Shown: piece after piece, positions 20,045 through 30,213 of the stretch | Layout: every line of letters begins with the position of its first letter | Position numbering within the stretch: the first letter of the stretch is position 1 | Source: Elusimicrobiota bacterium | GTDB lineage: Bacteria; Elusimicrobiota; Elusimicrobia; F11 | Direction of reading: 5' to 3' | DNA length: 64,000 bases | Assembly: GCA_044221725.1 (NCBI GenBank) | Contig: JBGAON010000001.1 | Span: forward strand, 736,001-800,000 | Notes under the pieces: model-generated | Databases searched by the model: none | What the model was told of the DNA's origin: nothing | What the model saw: the letters and a program-made list of their open reading frames with translations, nothing else | Translations under genes and position numbers: made by a program

Positions 20045-20797
20045 ATGATCTCTCTTATCATCATTACTCGAAACGAAGAACATGACATCGAAGCGTGTCT
20101 CGATTCGGTATCGGGGCTGGTTAATGAGATCGTTCTGATCGATTCTGGATCCACCGATCGCACGCTTGAGCTCGCGCGGCGATTCACGGCCAACGTTTCT
20201 CACCGCGATTGGACCGGTTACAGCGCCCAGAAGCAATTTGCGCTCGACAAAGCCAAAGGCCCGTGGGTCTTGAATATCGATGCGGATGAACGCGTGTCAG
20301 AGAGCCTTAAGACCGAAATAAAAAATGTTTTGGATAAGGATGTCGCTCAAGCGGCGTTTCGTATTCCGTTTCATCATTACTTTTTAGGGAAACGATTGCG
20401 CTTCGGTGGTGTGGCCGGCGAAACGCACATTCGGCTGTTCAGGAAAGATTGCGCTGCCTACGGTACCGAGCCGGTGCATGAGGGGATAAAGATTCAAGGA
20501 TCGGTCGGCCAATTGACCCACCCGATCGAACACCAAAGCTATCGCGACCTGACCGAGTATCTTGAGAAGTGCAACACCTACACGTCGGCTATCGCCGAAC
20601 AGAAGTTTCGAAAAGGAAAGCGATTTCACTGGTGGCACCATTTGAGATTGCCGTACGAGTTCGCGGTCCGGTATTTTTTGAAACTCGGGTTTCTCGACGG
20701 CGGGGCTGGGTTGACCTACGCGGTGCTCTCCTCCTATTATGTGTGGCTGAAATTCATGAAATTGCGTGATCTGGAAAGCAAACAAGGAGTTCGATGA
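20045..20797 (+). CDS. GT2 LPS core glycosyltransferase (KdtX/WaaE-like)
   Basis: IIITRNEE, IDSGSTD, IDADE and GFLDG motifs. Confidence 0.88.
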   Translation: MISLIIITRNEEHDIEACLDSVSGLVNEIVLIDSGSTDRTLELARRFTANVSHRDWTGYSAQKQFALDKAKGPWVLNIDADERVSESLKTEIKNVLDKDVAQAAFRIPFHHYFLGKRLRFGGVAGETHIRLFRKDCAAYGTEPVHEGIKIQGSVGQLTHPIEHQSYRDLTEYLEKCNTYTSAIAEQKFRKGKRFHWWHHLRLPYEFAVRYFLKLGFLDGGAGLTYAVLSSYYVWLKFMKLRDLESKQGVR

Positions 20798-21606
20798 TGT
20801 GGCCTTTGATTGGCGGTGGTTTGGCGGCGTTGGCCGGTTTGAGCGCGCGCTGGAATTGGTGGCGCTTGAAGCGTGCCGGCATTCCGATTCTCATGTACCA
20901 CAAGATTGGGGATCCACCGGCCGATTCGAAACTGAAAAAGCTTTGGGTATCGACCGAAAAATTCCGACGACAGATGGCCTATCTCGCCGACGAAGGGTAT
21001 CACCCGATCACGTTTAAAGACATTTATGCTTTCTGGGACAAGAACGTTCCTCTGCCGGCCAACCCGGTGATTATTACGTTTGATGATGGTTACGCGAACA
21101 ATTATGAAAACGCATTTCCGGTTTTAAGGGATTTTGGGTTCCGCGCCACACTTTTTGTTGTTGTGCAAACGGTCGGATGGGACAACCGTTGGCACGATCC
21201 GAAGACCGAAACCCGCATACCGATGATTTCGTGGGCGCAATTGAAAGAACTTCAGAAAGCGGGATGGGAAATTGGATCCCACACCATGAACCATCCGAAC
21301 TTGCAACGTATTGAGCTGAAGGAAGTGTCCGCCGAAATGGAGAAGAGCCGGAAAATAATCGGCGAATTTTTGGATGAGGTTCCGCCCACGCTCGCTTATC
21401 CGTACGGATCGGGCGCCGATGTTCCGGCGATTCGCGACAAGGCCAAAGACGCCGGTTACCGTGTCGCGGTCAGCGTGCACCCCGGAAAATGGACAATCGA
21501 GCAATTTCAAAAATCACCGTTCGAATTGCCGCGTATTTTTGTTCGCGGTGAAGAATCGATGTTTGATTTTCATTTGCAAATGACGCGCGGTCAATCGCGG
21601 TTGTAA
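20794..21606 (+). CDS. Polysaccharide deacetylase (NodB/CE4) with N-terminal anchor
   Basis: ILMYH, ITFDDGY, GSHTMNH and AYPYG motifs. Confidence 0.9.
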   Translation: MMWPLIGGGLAALAGLSARWNWWRLKRAGIPILMYHKIGDPPADSKLKKLWVSTEKFRRQMAYLADEGYHPITFKDIYAFWDKNVPLPANPVIITFDDGYANNYENAFPVLRDFGFRATLFVVVQTVGWDNRWHDPKTETRIPMISWAQLKELQKAGWEIGSHTMNHPNLQRIELKEVSAEMEKSRKIIGEFLDEVPPTLAYPYGSGADVPAIRDKAKDAGYRVAVSVHPGKWTIEQFQKSPFELPRIFVRGEESMFDFHLQMTRGQSRL

Positions 21607-21614
21607 CACTCGAC

Positions 21615-22577
21615 TTGTCTTTTCTTCGGCTGTTTCTCTTTCCCTTTTCGTTCCTCTATTTTTGGGGCCTCGTGCTCGACCGGTGGTGGACCTCGCGCCG
21701 CCGCGTGCGTTTGCCGGTGCCGGTCATCTCGATTGGCAATCTCACGCTCGGTGGAACCGGCAAAACGCCGGTTCTTATTTATATCGCGAACGCGCTGGTG
21801 GCCGAAGGAAAAAATGTAGCGATCCTTTCGCGCGGCTACGGTTCCGACGAAATTGCGCTCGTGAAACAAAAGTGTCCGGAGGCGGTAATTGGCGTGGGAG
21901 CAAACCGCGTGGCACGCGCGCGCGAGCTACTGACCGAACACCCTATCGACGTGTTCGTATTGGACGATGGCTTTCAGCATTGGGCGATCGCACGCGATCT
22001 CGATATCGTTTGTGTGGACGCCACGCGACCCTTAACCAAAGAAAAACTTTTCCCGGCGGGACGGTTGCGCGAACCGGCGTGCGGACTGCGTCGCGCTCGG
22101 ATTGGTTTGCTGACGCGTTCGGATCTTGTGCCCACCACGGACCGGCTCGAGCAGAAACGGTTTCTCGAAAGGAATCTCCCAAAAGGGTCGGTTGTTGAAT
22201 CGGTTTTTAAAAACGAATTGATGGGCGCCGCAACATTGGCTCCGATCGGCATCGATCGGCTGGGCAACAAGCGAATCGTGGCGGTCTCGGCGATTGGCAA
22301 TCCGCAAGCGTTCGAAGCGGGGCTTTCTGATATCGGTACGGTTGTCGCGTCCCTGCGATTTCGTGACCATCACGACTATTCACCATCGGATGCGAATCGA
22401 ATTCGCCGGGCGGCAAAAGAGGCGGACCATGTGATTGTGACCACCGAAAAAGACTGGGTAAAACTCAAGAAGTTCGATTGGACGGACGTGCCCGTGTATG
22501 TTCGCAAAATCGAACTCTCGATCGGCGAATCGGATCTCGCGACGTGGCAATCCGCCATCCACGCGGTTTTTAAGTGA
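21615..22577 (+). CDS. lpxK: Tetraacyldisaccharide 4'-kinase
   Basis: IGNLTLGGTGKTP, LSRGYG, LDDGFQH and TTEKD motifs. Confidence 0.95.
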   Translation: MSFLRLFLFPFSFLYFWGLVLDRWWTSRRRVRLPVPVISIGNLTLGGTGKTPVLIYIANALVAEGKNVAILSRGYGSDEIALVKQKCPEAVIGVGANRVARARELLTEHPIDVFVLDDGFQHWAIARDLDIVCVDATRPLTKEKLFPAGRLREPACGLRRARIGLLTRSDLVPTTDRLEQKRFLERNLPKGSVVESVFKNELMGAATLAPIGIDRLGNKRIVAVSAIGNPQAFEAGLSDIGTVVASLRFRDHHDYSPSDANRIRRAAKEADHVIVTTEKDWVKLKKFDWTDVPVYVRKIELSIGESDLATWQSAIHAVFK

Positions 22578-23446
22578 AAAAGTTCCGTTATTTTCTCGAG
22601 TTCGTGCCGGTTTGGATTCTCGACCAAATTCTCAATTTGTTGCCCGCCGCGTGGGCTTATGCGTTGGGGGAACAGCTTGGACTTTTGATGTCAAAAATTA
22701 TTGCGAAGCGGCACCGATTGATTCTTGAAAACCTGGCACACGCGTTTCCAGAAAAAACCGCCGTGGAGCGTGCGCGCATTGCTTGTGGCGTGTGGAAAAA
22801 CCTCGGGCGAACCGCCGTTGAATTCATTCGGTTGCCAAAGTTGCTGAAGTCGGTGTCTTCCACCGTGGAATGGGAGGGCGCCGAACACGTTGTGGAAGCG
22901 CTCGCAAAAGGGCACGGTGTGATTCTTTTGACCGCGCATTTTACGAACTGGGAATTTCTCGGCGTGCTTGTGAACAAACGGTTCGGCAACATAACATCGA
23001 TTGCACGCCCGATTAAGAATCCGTTCGTGGAAAATTGGGTCCAATCAAAACGCCGAACCAACGGCATGAAAATAATTTTGCACCGCAATGCCGTGAAGGC
23101 GTCACTGAAAGTGTTGCGCGCAAAAGAATCGCTCGGCGTGCTCGTGGATCAAAACTTGTACACGGGCGGTGTGTTCGTGAATTTTTTCGGACGCCCCGCC
23201 GCCACGACCACGCTGCCAGCGCTTTTGCAATCGCGCACGGACGCAACGATTATCATTGCGGTTTGTTTGCGTGAGAACAACACGTTTCGCGTGCTGTTTG
23301 AGCCGCCGTTGCCGGCGCTTAAATCAAGCGATGCCGAAGCGGTGAGCGCGCATACGCAATTGATCTCGACGCATCTCGAAAATATCATTCGCCGTTACCC
23401 TGAAAACTGGTTCTGGATTCACAACCGATGGAAACGAAAAATATAA
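22574..23446 (+). CDS. lpxL: Lipid A secondary acyltransferase (LpxL/HtrB family)
   Basis: TAHFTNWE, LVDQ, FFG and PENWFWIHNRWK motifs. Confidence 0.88.
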   Translation: MKKFRYFLEFVPVWILDQILNLLPAAWAYALGEQLGLLMSKIIAKRHRLILENLAHAFPEKTAVERARIACGVWKNLGRTAVEFIRLPKLLKSVSSTVEWEGAEHVVEALAKGHGVILLTAHFTNWEFLGVLVNKRFGNITSIARPIKNPFVENWVQSKRRTNGMKIILHRNAVKASLKVLRAKESLGVLVDQNLYTGGVFVNFFGRPAATTTLPALLQSRTDATIIIAVCLRENNTFRVLFEPPLPALKSSDAEAVSAHTQLISTHLENIIRRYPENWFWIHNRWKRKI

Positions 23447-24438
23447 ATCGAATTCTCGTGGTGGTGCTCGATAATTTGGGTGACGCCGTCATGGCGACTT
23501 CCATGCTCAAACCGCTGAAGCGACGTTATCCGGGCGCGCAGATCGGTTTTTGGGTGAAAGATTACGCGGCCGGTTTGTTCTCGGACCAATCGATGATTGA
23601 CCTCGTGCACGCGGCGGATCCGTTTTGGGACCGGTCGCCCGGCGTGGCCAAGGGTTCGTTTTTTAAATTTGTTTCCGCGGTGAACGATATTCGCCGAACA
23701 AAATACGACCTGGCGTTTGTCCTCAACACCGAATGGCGGCGCAGCATTGCTTGCGTGGTGGCCGGTATTCCCAAGCGTGTCGGCTACGAGCGACGCGAGA
23801 GCAATTTGTTTTTGACCGACGCGATGCCCATGAGCAAAAAGCCACAGCACTTTGTCGATGACCATCGAGCTTTGCTCGAGCTTTGGGCCCACGAAAAAAT
23901 GCCGGCCGCCGATTTTGTGCCCCGGCTTGAAGTGACCGCCGAACAAAAGCGCGATGCGGAATCGTGGTTGGGCAGGACGGGTTGGTCGCCTTGGACATAC
24001 ACGGTGCTGCACTTGTTTTCTGGCGACGAACAGAAAAATTGGCCGCTCTCGTGTTGGGCGCAACTTGTCGACGATCGTGTTCGAGCCAACTCCTCCGAAC
24101 GGTTTGTGGTGCTGTGCGGTCCTTCCGAAGAAATAAAGATGGCGCCGTTTCGAAAGAACTTTGAGCGGAAGGAGGTTCGGTTCTTAATTGCACCATCGCT
24201 CTCCCAGTTAAAATCAATCCTGGGTTCCGCAAGTTTGTTTGTCGGCGGCGATTCGGGGCCCGGGCACGTGGCGGCCGCTCTCGGCGTGCCAACGATCTCC
24301 CTTTTCGGTGACACCAATCCCAACCGTTCGCGGCCGCTCGGCAACGGTTCGTTGCGTGTGTTGCAGCGCTCGCGGCTTCGCGCGTTGTCGGTTGACGATG
24401 TCTCGCGCACGATGAGTGAAATAGAGGCGCGTGTATAA
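23428..24438 (+). CDS. GT9 heptosyltransferase
   Basis: LDNLGDAVM and GGDSGPGHVAAALG motifs. Confidence 0.88.
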   Translation: METKNINRILVVVLDNLGDAVMATSMLKPLKRRYPGAQIGFWVKDYAAGLFSDQSMIDLVHAADPFWDRSPGVAKGSFFKFVSAVNDIRRTKYDLAFVLNTEWRRSIACVVAGIPKRVGYERRESNLFLTDAMPMSKKPQHFVDDHRALLELWAHEKMPAADFVPRLEVTAEQKRDAESWLGRTGWSPWTYTVLHLFSGDEQKNWPLSCWAQLVDDRVRANSSERFVVLCGPSEEIKMAPFRKNFERKEVRFLIAPSLSQLKSILGSASLFVGGDSGPGHVAAALGVPTISLFGDTNPNRSRPLGNGSLRVLQRSRLRALSVDDVSRTMSEIEARV

Positions 24439-25696
24439 TTTGACCAATATGGGTACTTTTCAGCGGCGGGTCCGTCCGACGGCGCTCGCGTTGTTTGCAA
24501 TATCACTGGCGATTTCAATATCCGCCGCGGAAATAATGGCCGCGCTTTTGTTGATCGAGTGGGGATACCGCGCCTGGCGCGAGCCGGCGCCCGTGCGGAG
24601 CCTGCCGAGATACGTCGAAGCACCGTTGTTCGCGTTGTTCCTTTGGTCAATTGCGACCGGCGTGTGGACCGGATCCAGCACCGTCTGGAATTCGGTTCAA
24701 AGCCAATCAGCGTTCATTCTTTTTTATTGGGCCGCCTGCGCTGTTGATTCATCGGAGACGCCCGCATTCTTCCGCTGGCTTTGCGGGGCGACGATTGTCG
24801 CGGGCGCGCTCGGTGTGGTTCAGCACTTCACGCACATAAATTATGTACCCCACATCAAGTTGTATGTGATTCCCGAGTTTTTTCAGGACTGGTTTCCACC
24901 GCTCGTGCATTTGTTCGCACAGAACAACGAACGGGCCGTTGGCCCGCGAAGTCATCCGTTGACGTACGCCGAGTGTTTCATTCCAGGGTTTTTTCTACTG
25001 CTGGGTTGGTTGGTAAGCGAATTTCGTGTGCGCGGTTGGCGCACGCGAACCGTTTTTTGGCTGTCGCTTGGGATGGCGTGCGTGATGGGCGGCATTTTGT
25101 TTGCGGCCGGCCGCGCGGTGTGGATCGGTATTCTCGTTGGTACCGCCGGTTTTGCGTTTGCGCTCGGCAAGAAATATTTGCGCCGAGAGATGTTTGTCGC
25201 ATTGGTGGTGGTGATTCCGGTCGTAATGTTCGGTTCGGCGAAAATGCGAGGACGATTCCTCAGCATTGTATCGCCCACCTCGGGCACGTTGGGCGATCAA
25301 CTGAGCAAATCCACCCGGCTCAATATTTGGCATCAAGCGGTCCGGGATTTTCACGGTCACCCGATCGTGGGCGTGGGGCTGGAAGGCACGCGAATCACAA
25401 CGTACGACGTCACGCGTGGCCAGAACCGCGAATGGACAGAAACCCACAACATGTATCTGCAATTTCTTTTGGAGCTTGGCGTCGTGGGCTTCGGAATTTT
25501 TCTCTGGGTTCTTTTTGCGTGCGGTAAAATAATTGTGAATACGTCGGGTTTGCAGCGCGCCTGCTTCGTCGGCATGTTCCTTTCGTTCTTGGTGGCGGGT
25601 TTGACAGAGTCCTGGCCAAAGGACAAAGAAGTTGCGATGCTATTTTGGACAATGATGGGGTTCGCATCCCTTTTGAGGAAATTTGAGAAATCGTAA
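24431..25696 (+). CDS. waaL: O-antigen ligase family protein
   Basis: Multi-TM; GRAVWIG, RLNIW, PIVGVG and HNMYLQFLLELG motifs; inside the LPS cluster; alternative ATG at 24449. Confidence 0.82.
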   Translation: MYNLTNMGTFQRRVRPTALALFAISLAISISAAEIMAALLLIEWGYRAWREPAPVRSLPRYVEAPLFALFLWSIATGVWTGSSTVWNSVQSQSAFILFYWAACAVDSSETPAFFRWLCGATIVAGALGVVQHFTHINYVPHIKLYVIPEFFQDWFPPLVHLFAQNNERAVGPRSHPLTYAECFIPGFFLLLGWLVSEFRVRGWRTRTVFWLSLGMACVMGGILFAAGRAVWIGILVGTAGFAFALGKKYLRREMFVALVVVIPVVMFGSAKMRGRFLSIVSPTSGTLGDQLSKSTRLNIWHQAVRDFHGHPIVGVGLEGTRITTYDVTRGQNREWTETHNMYLQFLLELGVVGFGIFLWVLFACGKIIVNTSGLQRACFVGMFLSFLVAGLTESWPKDKEVAMLFWTMMGFASLLRKFEKS

Positions 25697-26237
25697 ACCA
25701 GCCATATTTCTGGATCGTGACGGCACGATTCTTAACGAACGCGGTTATCTTGGCGATCCCAATGATATTGTGTTCTACCGGAATGCGTACCCCGCTCTGG
25801 TTCGTTTGTCACGGGCGGGTTTTGTTCTCGTCATTGTGACGAACCAATCGGGCATTGCGCGCGGCTATTTCACTGTCGCCGATTTCAAGCGCGTGCACGC
25901 CCGCTTCGAAAAAATGTTGGAGCGACGCGGCGTCCGAATTGCCGGCGTTTATTTTTGCCCGCACGGTCCAAAAGAAGGTTGCGTTTGCCGCAAACCGAAG
26001 ACGGCGCTCATCCGTCGTGCCGTGAAAGATTTGAACATCGATTTGAAAAGATCGTTTATGGTGGGAGACCAGCTGCGCGATGTTGAAACGGCACGCAATT
26101 TGCGCATCCCGGGCGTGATGGTGCTCACCGGTGCGGGCCGCTCGCTCATGCGAGAAGGCCGTCGCGTGGCGACGAAGATAACATCGAATCTCGATACGGC
26201 GTCGCGTTGGATTCTTTCTCGGTCCCAATTTAGGTAG
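25683..26237 (+). CDS. gmhB: D-glycero-D-manno-heptose 1,7-bisphosphate phosphatase
   Basis: FLDRDGT, VTNQSGIARG, CPH...CVCRKP and MVGD motifs. Confidence 0.93.
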   Translation: MRNRKPAIFLDRDGTILNERGYLGDPNDIVFYRNAYPALVRLSRAGFVLVIVTNQSGIARGYFTVADFKRVHARFEKMLERRGVRIAGVYFCPHGPKEGCVCRKPKTALIRRAVKDLNIDLKRSFMVGDQLRDVETARNLRIPGVMVLTGAGRSLMREGRRVATKITSNLDTASRWILSRSQFR

Positions 26238-26250
26238 ATTTCTTCCCCAT

Positions 26251-28314
26251 ATGCAGGACTCCTCCGTCTCCTCCACTCGTTGGGCCGTTGCGCTTGCACT
26301 GCTCATGCTTTTGAACGGCGCCGTGTTGTTCGTCTGGACGCACCGCGACACGCAGCCACTCGCGTGGGATCAAGCAATTCACACGAAGATAGCGATGGAC
26401 TACGAGCAGCGCTTGGCGACCGGCAAATTGTCGGAATTGTTCAAGCCGGTCGATATGAATTATCCGCCGCTTTATCACTTGATGCTGATCCCAGCGCTGC
26501 ACGTTGTGTCGGACATTGCGGATGCCGGCGCGTTGGTAAATTACTTTCATCAGTGCTTGCTCGTGCTGGCGGTGTTTGGTGTGGGGTTTTTGCTGCTGGG
26601 GCCCTGGCAGGGATTTACGGCCGCTGTTTTGGTGAGTTTTTACCCAACGTTAACGGATTTAAGCCACAGCACGCTCATCGATTTGTCGCTCACCGCTTGG
26701 GTGGCCGCCGCATTTTTCTTCTTGGTGTTGTCGGACAATTTCTCGAACTTCAGTGCAGCGGTCGCGTTTGGCATGGCGCTCGGAGCGGCGATGCTCACAA
26801 AGTGGACCGCGCTCGGTTACTTGTTCTTTCCTTTAATGTGGGCAATATTCCGGGCCGCGCGAAATAAAAAATTCTTAATCGCCGTTATTTCTCTTTTTAT
26901 TGCGGCTGCCGTGATGGCGCCGTGGTATCTCCAAAACTTTATCCCGATGTTAATCCGCGTGCCAAAGCTGGCTGGTTTGCCACCGGCCAGTTCCGAACGG
27001 TTGTCGGGGCTCGCAAACGTTTTTTGGTATCCGCTCAGTCTCGGTCAGCAAATGAGCGCGACGTTTGTGATCTTGTTGGTGCTCGGCATTCCGAGCTTTC
27101 TGTGGCGTCCGAAGATGGGGAAAGTGTTGCTGTGGTTTGTCGGTAGCATGTTGTTGTTCAGTCTCATTCGGAACAAAAATATTCGGTATTTTGCGCCGGC
27201 CTTGCCCGCGGCCGCGTTGATTACGGTCGCGTGGTTGCCGACGTTTAAACGCGTGGCGTTTGTGATCGTGATGATTCTTGGGTTAGCGTTGCTGCGGTTA
27301 GCCACGCCTCCCGCCAACATGAACTGGCAGCACGAAGCGATCATCGAAACTGTTCAAAAGGTGAAGCCCACGGAACTTCCGGCGGTAACCGTTCTTGTGG
27401 TCGCCAACACGCCGTATTTCCACAGCGTGACCCTGAACATCTCGGCGCGCGCCAAAGCAGTAAAGAATATTCTGTTCCGCGGACCGAGCAAGCAACGTTC
27501 GTTTGAGTTTTCGGATTTTGTTCTTTTTAAAACAGGTGACTTGGGTCCGGCGTTCACGCTGGGCACCATCAACAAATGCGCGGCCGTGATTCAGGATCAA
27601 AAATCCTGGTTCGCAAAATCATTTAAAGAGGTCGCACGCTGGCCGCTGCCCGACGGAAGCGAGGCCATTTTGTACGAATGCCGCCCGACGCCCGAAAAAG
27701 TGGCCGATCCGGGCCTTTTTAATATGTCGCTCGACCGGCTGGACTTGCCGAATGTGAGCGCAACCGGTATGCAATTGCGCGTGACGCCGATTTCTGCGGC
27801 GGACACCGCGGTCGGTCGATTCAAAGAACTGTCGGTTACATGCGCGTCCGTCGATTACAAAGGCGTCCTGTTTCGCAATGTTCGGATCCGACTCCTGAAA
27901 CCGCAAATCAACTTGCCGCTCTTTTTCGAAACGGGCCAGATTGAACTTCATCGCCTCGGAAGTCTCGAGCCGCGGGCCACGATTCCGGCGGATGCCATCA
28001 TTTTGCTCGCGCGCGAGAAAGTCAAATGGCTTTCGGATCCCACGATAGAATTCGACGGATCGGTTGTTCGGATTTCCGGACAAGCAAAAGGCGTGCCCAT
28101 TCGAATTGTGGCCGACGTGAAGGTGGAACAAAACAGATTTGTATCGAAACTGGAGTCGCTACGTATTTACCGTATACCCGTGCCGCTTTTTTTTCTTACG
28201 AATTTGACCGACGTATCGATTCCGCTTAACCGCGATCAGGACTGGTCGTACGATATTGTCGTGCCGAGTGTTTATGGCGCGGGCGGCAACTTGTCCATCG
28301 GAGCTGTGCAATGA
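26251..28314 (+). CDS. ArnT/PMT-like (GT-C) membrane glycosyltransferase with a beta-rich C-terminal domain
   Basis: WDQAIH, YPPLY, GAAMLTKW and PWY motifs; about 13 TM segments; soluble C-terminus. Confidence 0.75.
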   Translation: MQDSSVSSTRWAVALALLMLLNGAVLFVWTHRDTQPLAWDQAIHTKIAMDYEQRLATGKLSELFKPVDMNYPPLYHLMLIPALHVVSDIADAGALVNYFHQCLLVLAVFGVGFLLLGPWQGFTAAVLVSFYPTLTDLSHSTLIDLSLTAWVAAAFFFLVLSDNFSNFSAAVAFGMALGAAMLTKWTALGYLFFPLMWAIFRAARNKKFLIAVISLFIAAAVMAPWYLQNFIPMLIRVPKLAGLPPASSERLSGLANVFWYPLSLGQQMSATFVILLVLGIPSFLWRPKMGKVLLWFVGSMLLFSLIRNKNIRYFAPALPAAALITVAWLPTFKRVAFVIVMILGLALLRLATPPANMNWQHEAIIETVQKVKPTELPAVTVLVVANTPYFHSVTLNISARAKAVKNILFRGPSKQRSFEFSDFVLFKTGDLGPAFTLGTINKCAAVIQDQKSWFAKSFKEVARWPLPDGSEAILYECRPTPEKVADPGLFNMSLDRLDLPNVSATGMQLRVTPISAADTAVGRFKELSVTCASVDYKGVLFRNVRIRLLKPQINLPLFFETGQIELHRLGSLEPRATIPADAIILLAREKVKWLSDPTIEFDGSVVRISGQAKGVPIRIVADVKVEQNRFVSKLESLRIYRIPVPLFFLTNLTDVSIPLNRDQDWSYDIVVPSVYGAGGNLSIGAVQ

Positions 28315-29192
28315 AGCGTTTTCTTTCTGTTTTGCTTTTATTGGGAACGAACGCGGTTTGTGCGGCGGACGTGATTCCGCGCTCACCCGACGTGCCGCTC
28401 AGCACGGCATCGGCGCACGGTGCCGGTGTTGTGAATGGCGCCACGGTTCCTATTCGACTGAGCGATGTCGCAAATTCGGCCTTTTGTGTGGGCGAGCAAT
28501 TAACCTTTGTCATCAAATACGAATTTGTGAATGCGGGAACCGCAACAATGTCGGTCAAGCAAGGCCCGCTCATTGATGGACGTCCATCGATGCACATCGA
28601 GACCGTGGCAAGCTCCAATGGGTTTGTGGACGCGTTCTTTAAGGTGCGCGACTTCAACGCGTCCACCGTTGATTCGGCGTCATTAAACTCAAGAAATTTC
28701 CATCAAAATCTAAAAGAAGGCGGATACAAAGTCATCCGCAACACGTCGATTGATTACAACAAGCGGGCCTACACGTTTCAGCGTACGAAGAACAATCACA
28801 CGACCGAGCGAACCGGTGTCATTCAGCAACCGGTGTACGATATTTTGTCGGCGTTCTTTTACACGCGCACGCTCGATTTAAAACCGGGCAAGACCGAGGA
28901 AATGACGGTTTTTTCCGATGAGGACATCTACCAAATGGTGATCAAGGTGGACCCAAAAGTGGAAACCATCACGGTGCCGGCCGGAAAATTCCGCTGTCTG
29001 AAAATTGAACCGGGGTTAAAAGGCGATTCCATATTTCAATCGAACGGCAGCAAGATGTTCATTTGGCTTACAAACGATGAGAAGAAGATGCCCGTGCTGA
29101 TTCGCTCGAAGGTTTTTATTGGCGCGTTTGACGCCGAATTGGCGAGTTATCAACCCGAGAACCTGGTTTTTGACAGCAAAGAGGGGAAATGA
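28311..29192 (+). CDS. DUF3108 exported protein
   Basis: Signal peptide; GEQLTF, FFKVRD, DILSAFFY, TVPAGKF and WLTNDEKKMPV motifs. Confidence 0.82.
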   Translation: MKRFLSVLLLLGTNAVCAADVIPRSPDVPLSTASAHGAGVVNGATVPIRLSDVANSAFCVGEQLTFVIKYEFVNAGTATMSVKQGPLIDGRPSMHIETVASSNGFVDAFFKVRDFNASTVDSASLNSRNFHQNLKEGGYKVIRNTSIDYNKRAYTFQRTKNNHTTERTGVIQQPVYDILSAFFYTRTLDLKPGKTEEMTVFSDEDIYQMVIKVDPKVETITVPAGKFRCLKIEPGLKGDSIFQSNGSKMFIWLTNDEKKMPVLIRSKVFIGAFDAELASYQPENLVFDSKEGK

Positions 29193-29205
29193 TAAGGACA
29201 GCTAC

Positions 29206-30213
29206 ATGAAACCTGCTGTTCCCGCCGTCGCGGATCTCTCCTTGCTCAAATGGATTCGTCGCTTCGAAGGTGTGCCAATTGCTGTCGTTGGCGATCTCAT
29301 GGTCGACCGTTCCTATCGAGGACCGGCCGAGCGAATCTCTCCTGAAGCGCCTGTTCCCGTGGTTCACATCCTCGAGGCCAATTTTACGCCCGGCGGAGCC
29401 GGTAATGTGGTGAACAATCTTGCTGTGCTCGGAGCGCGGCCCACTCTAATTTCCGTACGCGGCGAAGATCCGTCCGGAAAAGAAATTGAAGCGGATTTGC
29501 GCAGTCGTGGCATCGACGTTTCCAATCTCATTGTTGATGCGCAGCGGCCGACGATTACAAAGAACCGTGTGTTCGCTGGCCACCAGCAGGTCGCGCGTTT
29601 TGATTTCGAAAAACGCGGTGCGATTTCGGGCCAGCATTTGGACCGGATCACGGACATTCTTAAGCGCATCGTGCCAAAACAAAAGGCCGTCATCATTTCG
29701 GATTATGGAAAAGGCCTCATTACTCCCGCCGTTATCAAAGCCTGTCTGCAAGCCGCACAAAAGCACGACATTCCTGTCATCGTCGACCCAAAAATCGAAC
29801 ATTTCATGCAATACAAAGCGGTTGACTGCATCACGCCGAACACCAAGGAAGCGGTGGAAGGGATGCGCACGTTTGCACCGAAGTCCGAAGATGAAATGCT
29901 CGCGCTCGGTCGAAAAATTCTGGCGAAATTAAAAAGCCGGTCGCTGCTGATCACGCGCGGCGAAAAAGGAATGACGCTTTTTCAAAAGGACAAGGTCCCG
30001 CAAACAATTCCGGCCGTCGCCCAGGAAGTTTACGACGTCACGGGAGCCGGTGACACGGTGGTCTCCACGTTTTCTCTGGCCCGCGCGGTTGGCGCGCCGT
30101 ATTTGCAAGCCGCAAAAATCGCAAACATTGCGGCCGGGGTGGTGGTTGCCAAGGTGGGCACCGCCGTCGTTACGATTGAAGAGTTGGTTGCCCGCGTGAG
30201 ACGATCGTCGTGA
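29206..30213 (+). CDS. rfaE1: Heptose-7-phosphate kinase (stand-alone RfaE domain I)
   Basis: RISPEAPVPV, GGAGNV, SDYGKG and YDVTGAGDTV motifs. Confidence 0.92.
   Translation: MKPAVPAVADLSLLKWIRRFEGVPIAVVGDLMVDRSYRGPAERISPEAPVPVVHILEANFTPGGAGNVVNNLAVLGARPTLISVRGEDPSGKEIEADLRSRGIDVSNLIVDAQRPTITKNRVFAGHQQVARFDFEKRGAISGQHLDRITDILKRIVPKQKAVIISDYGKGLITPAVIKACLQAAQKHDIPVIVDPKIEHFMQYKAVDCITPNTKEAVEGMRTFAPKSEDEMLALGRKILAKLKSRSLLITRGEKGMTLFQKDKVPQTIPAVAQEVYDVTGAGDTVVSTFSLARAVGAPYLQAAKIANIAAGVVVAKVGTAVVTIEELVARVRRSS

Noticed and set aside
19990..20045. DnaA boxes as oriC
   Set aside because: They lie within a coding region, with no AT-rich unwinding element, no dnaA/dnaN nearby and no change in gene strand
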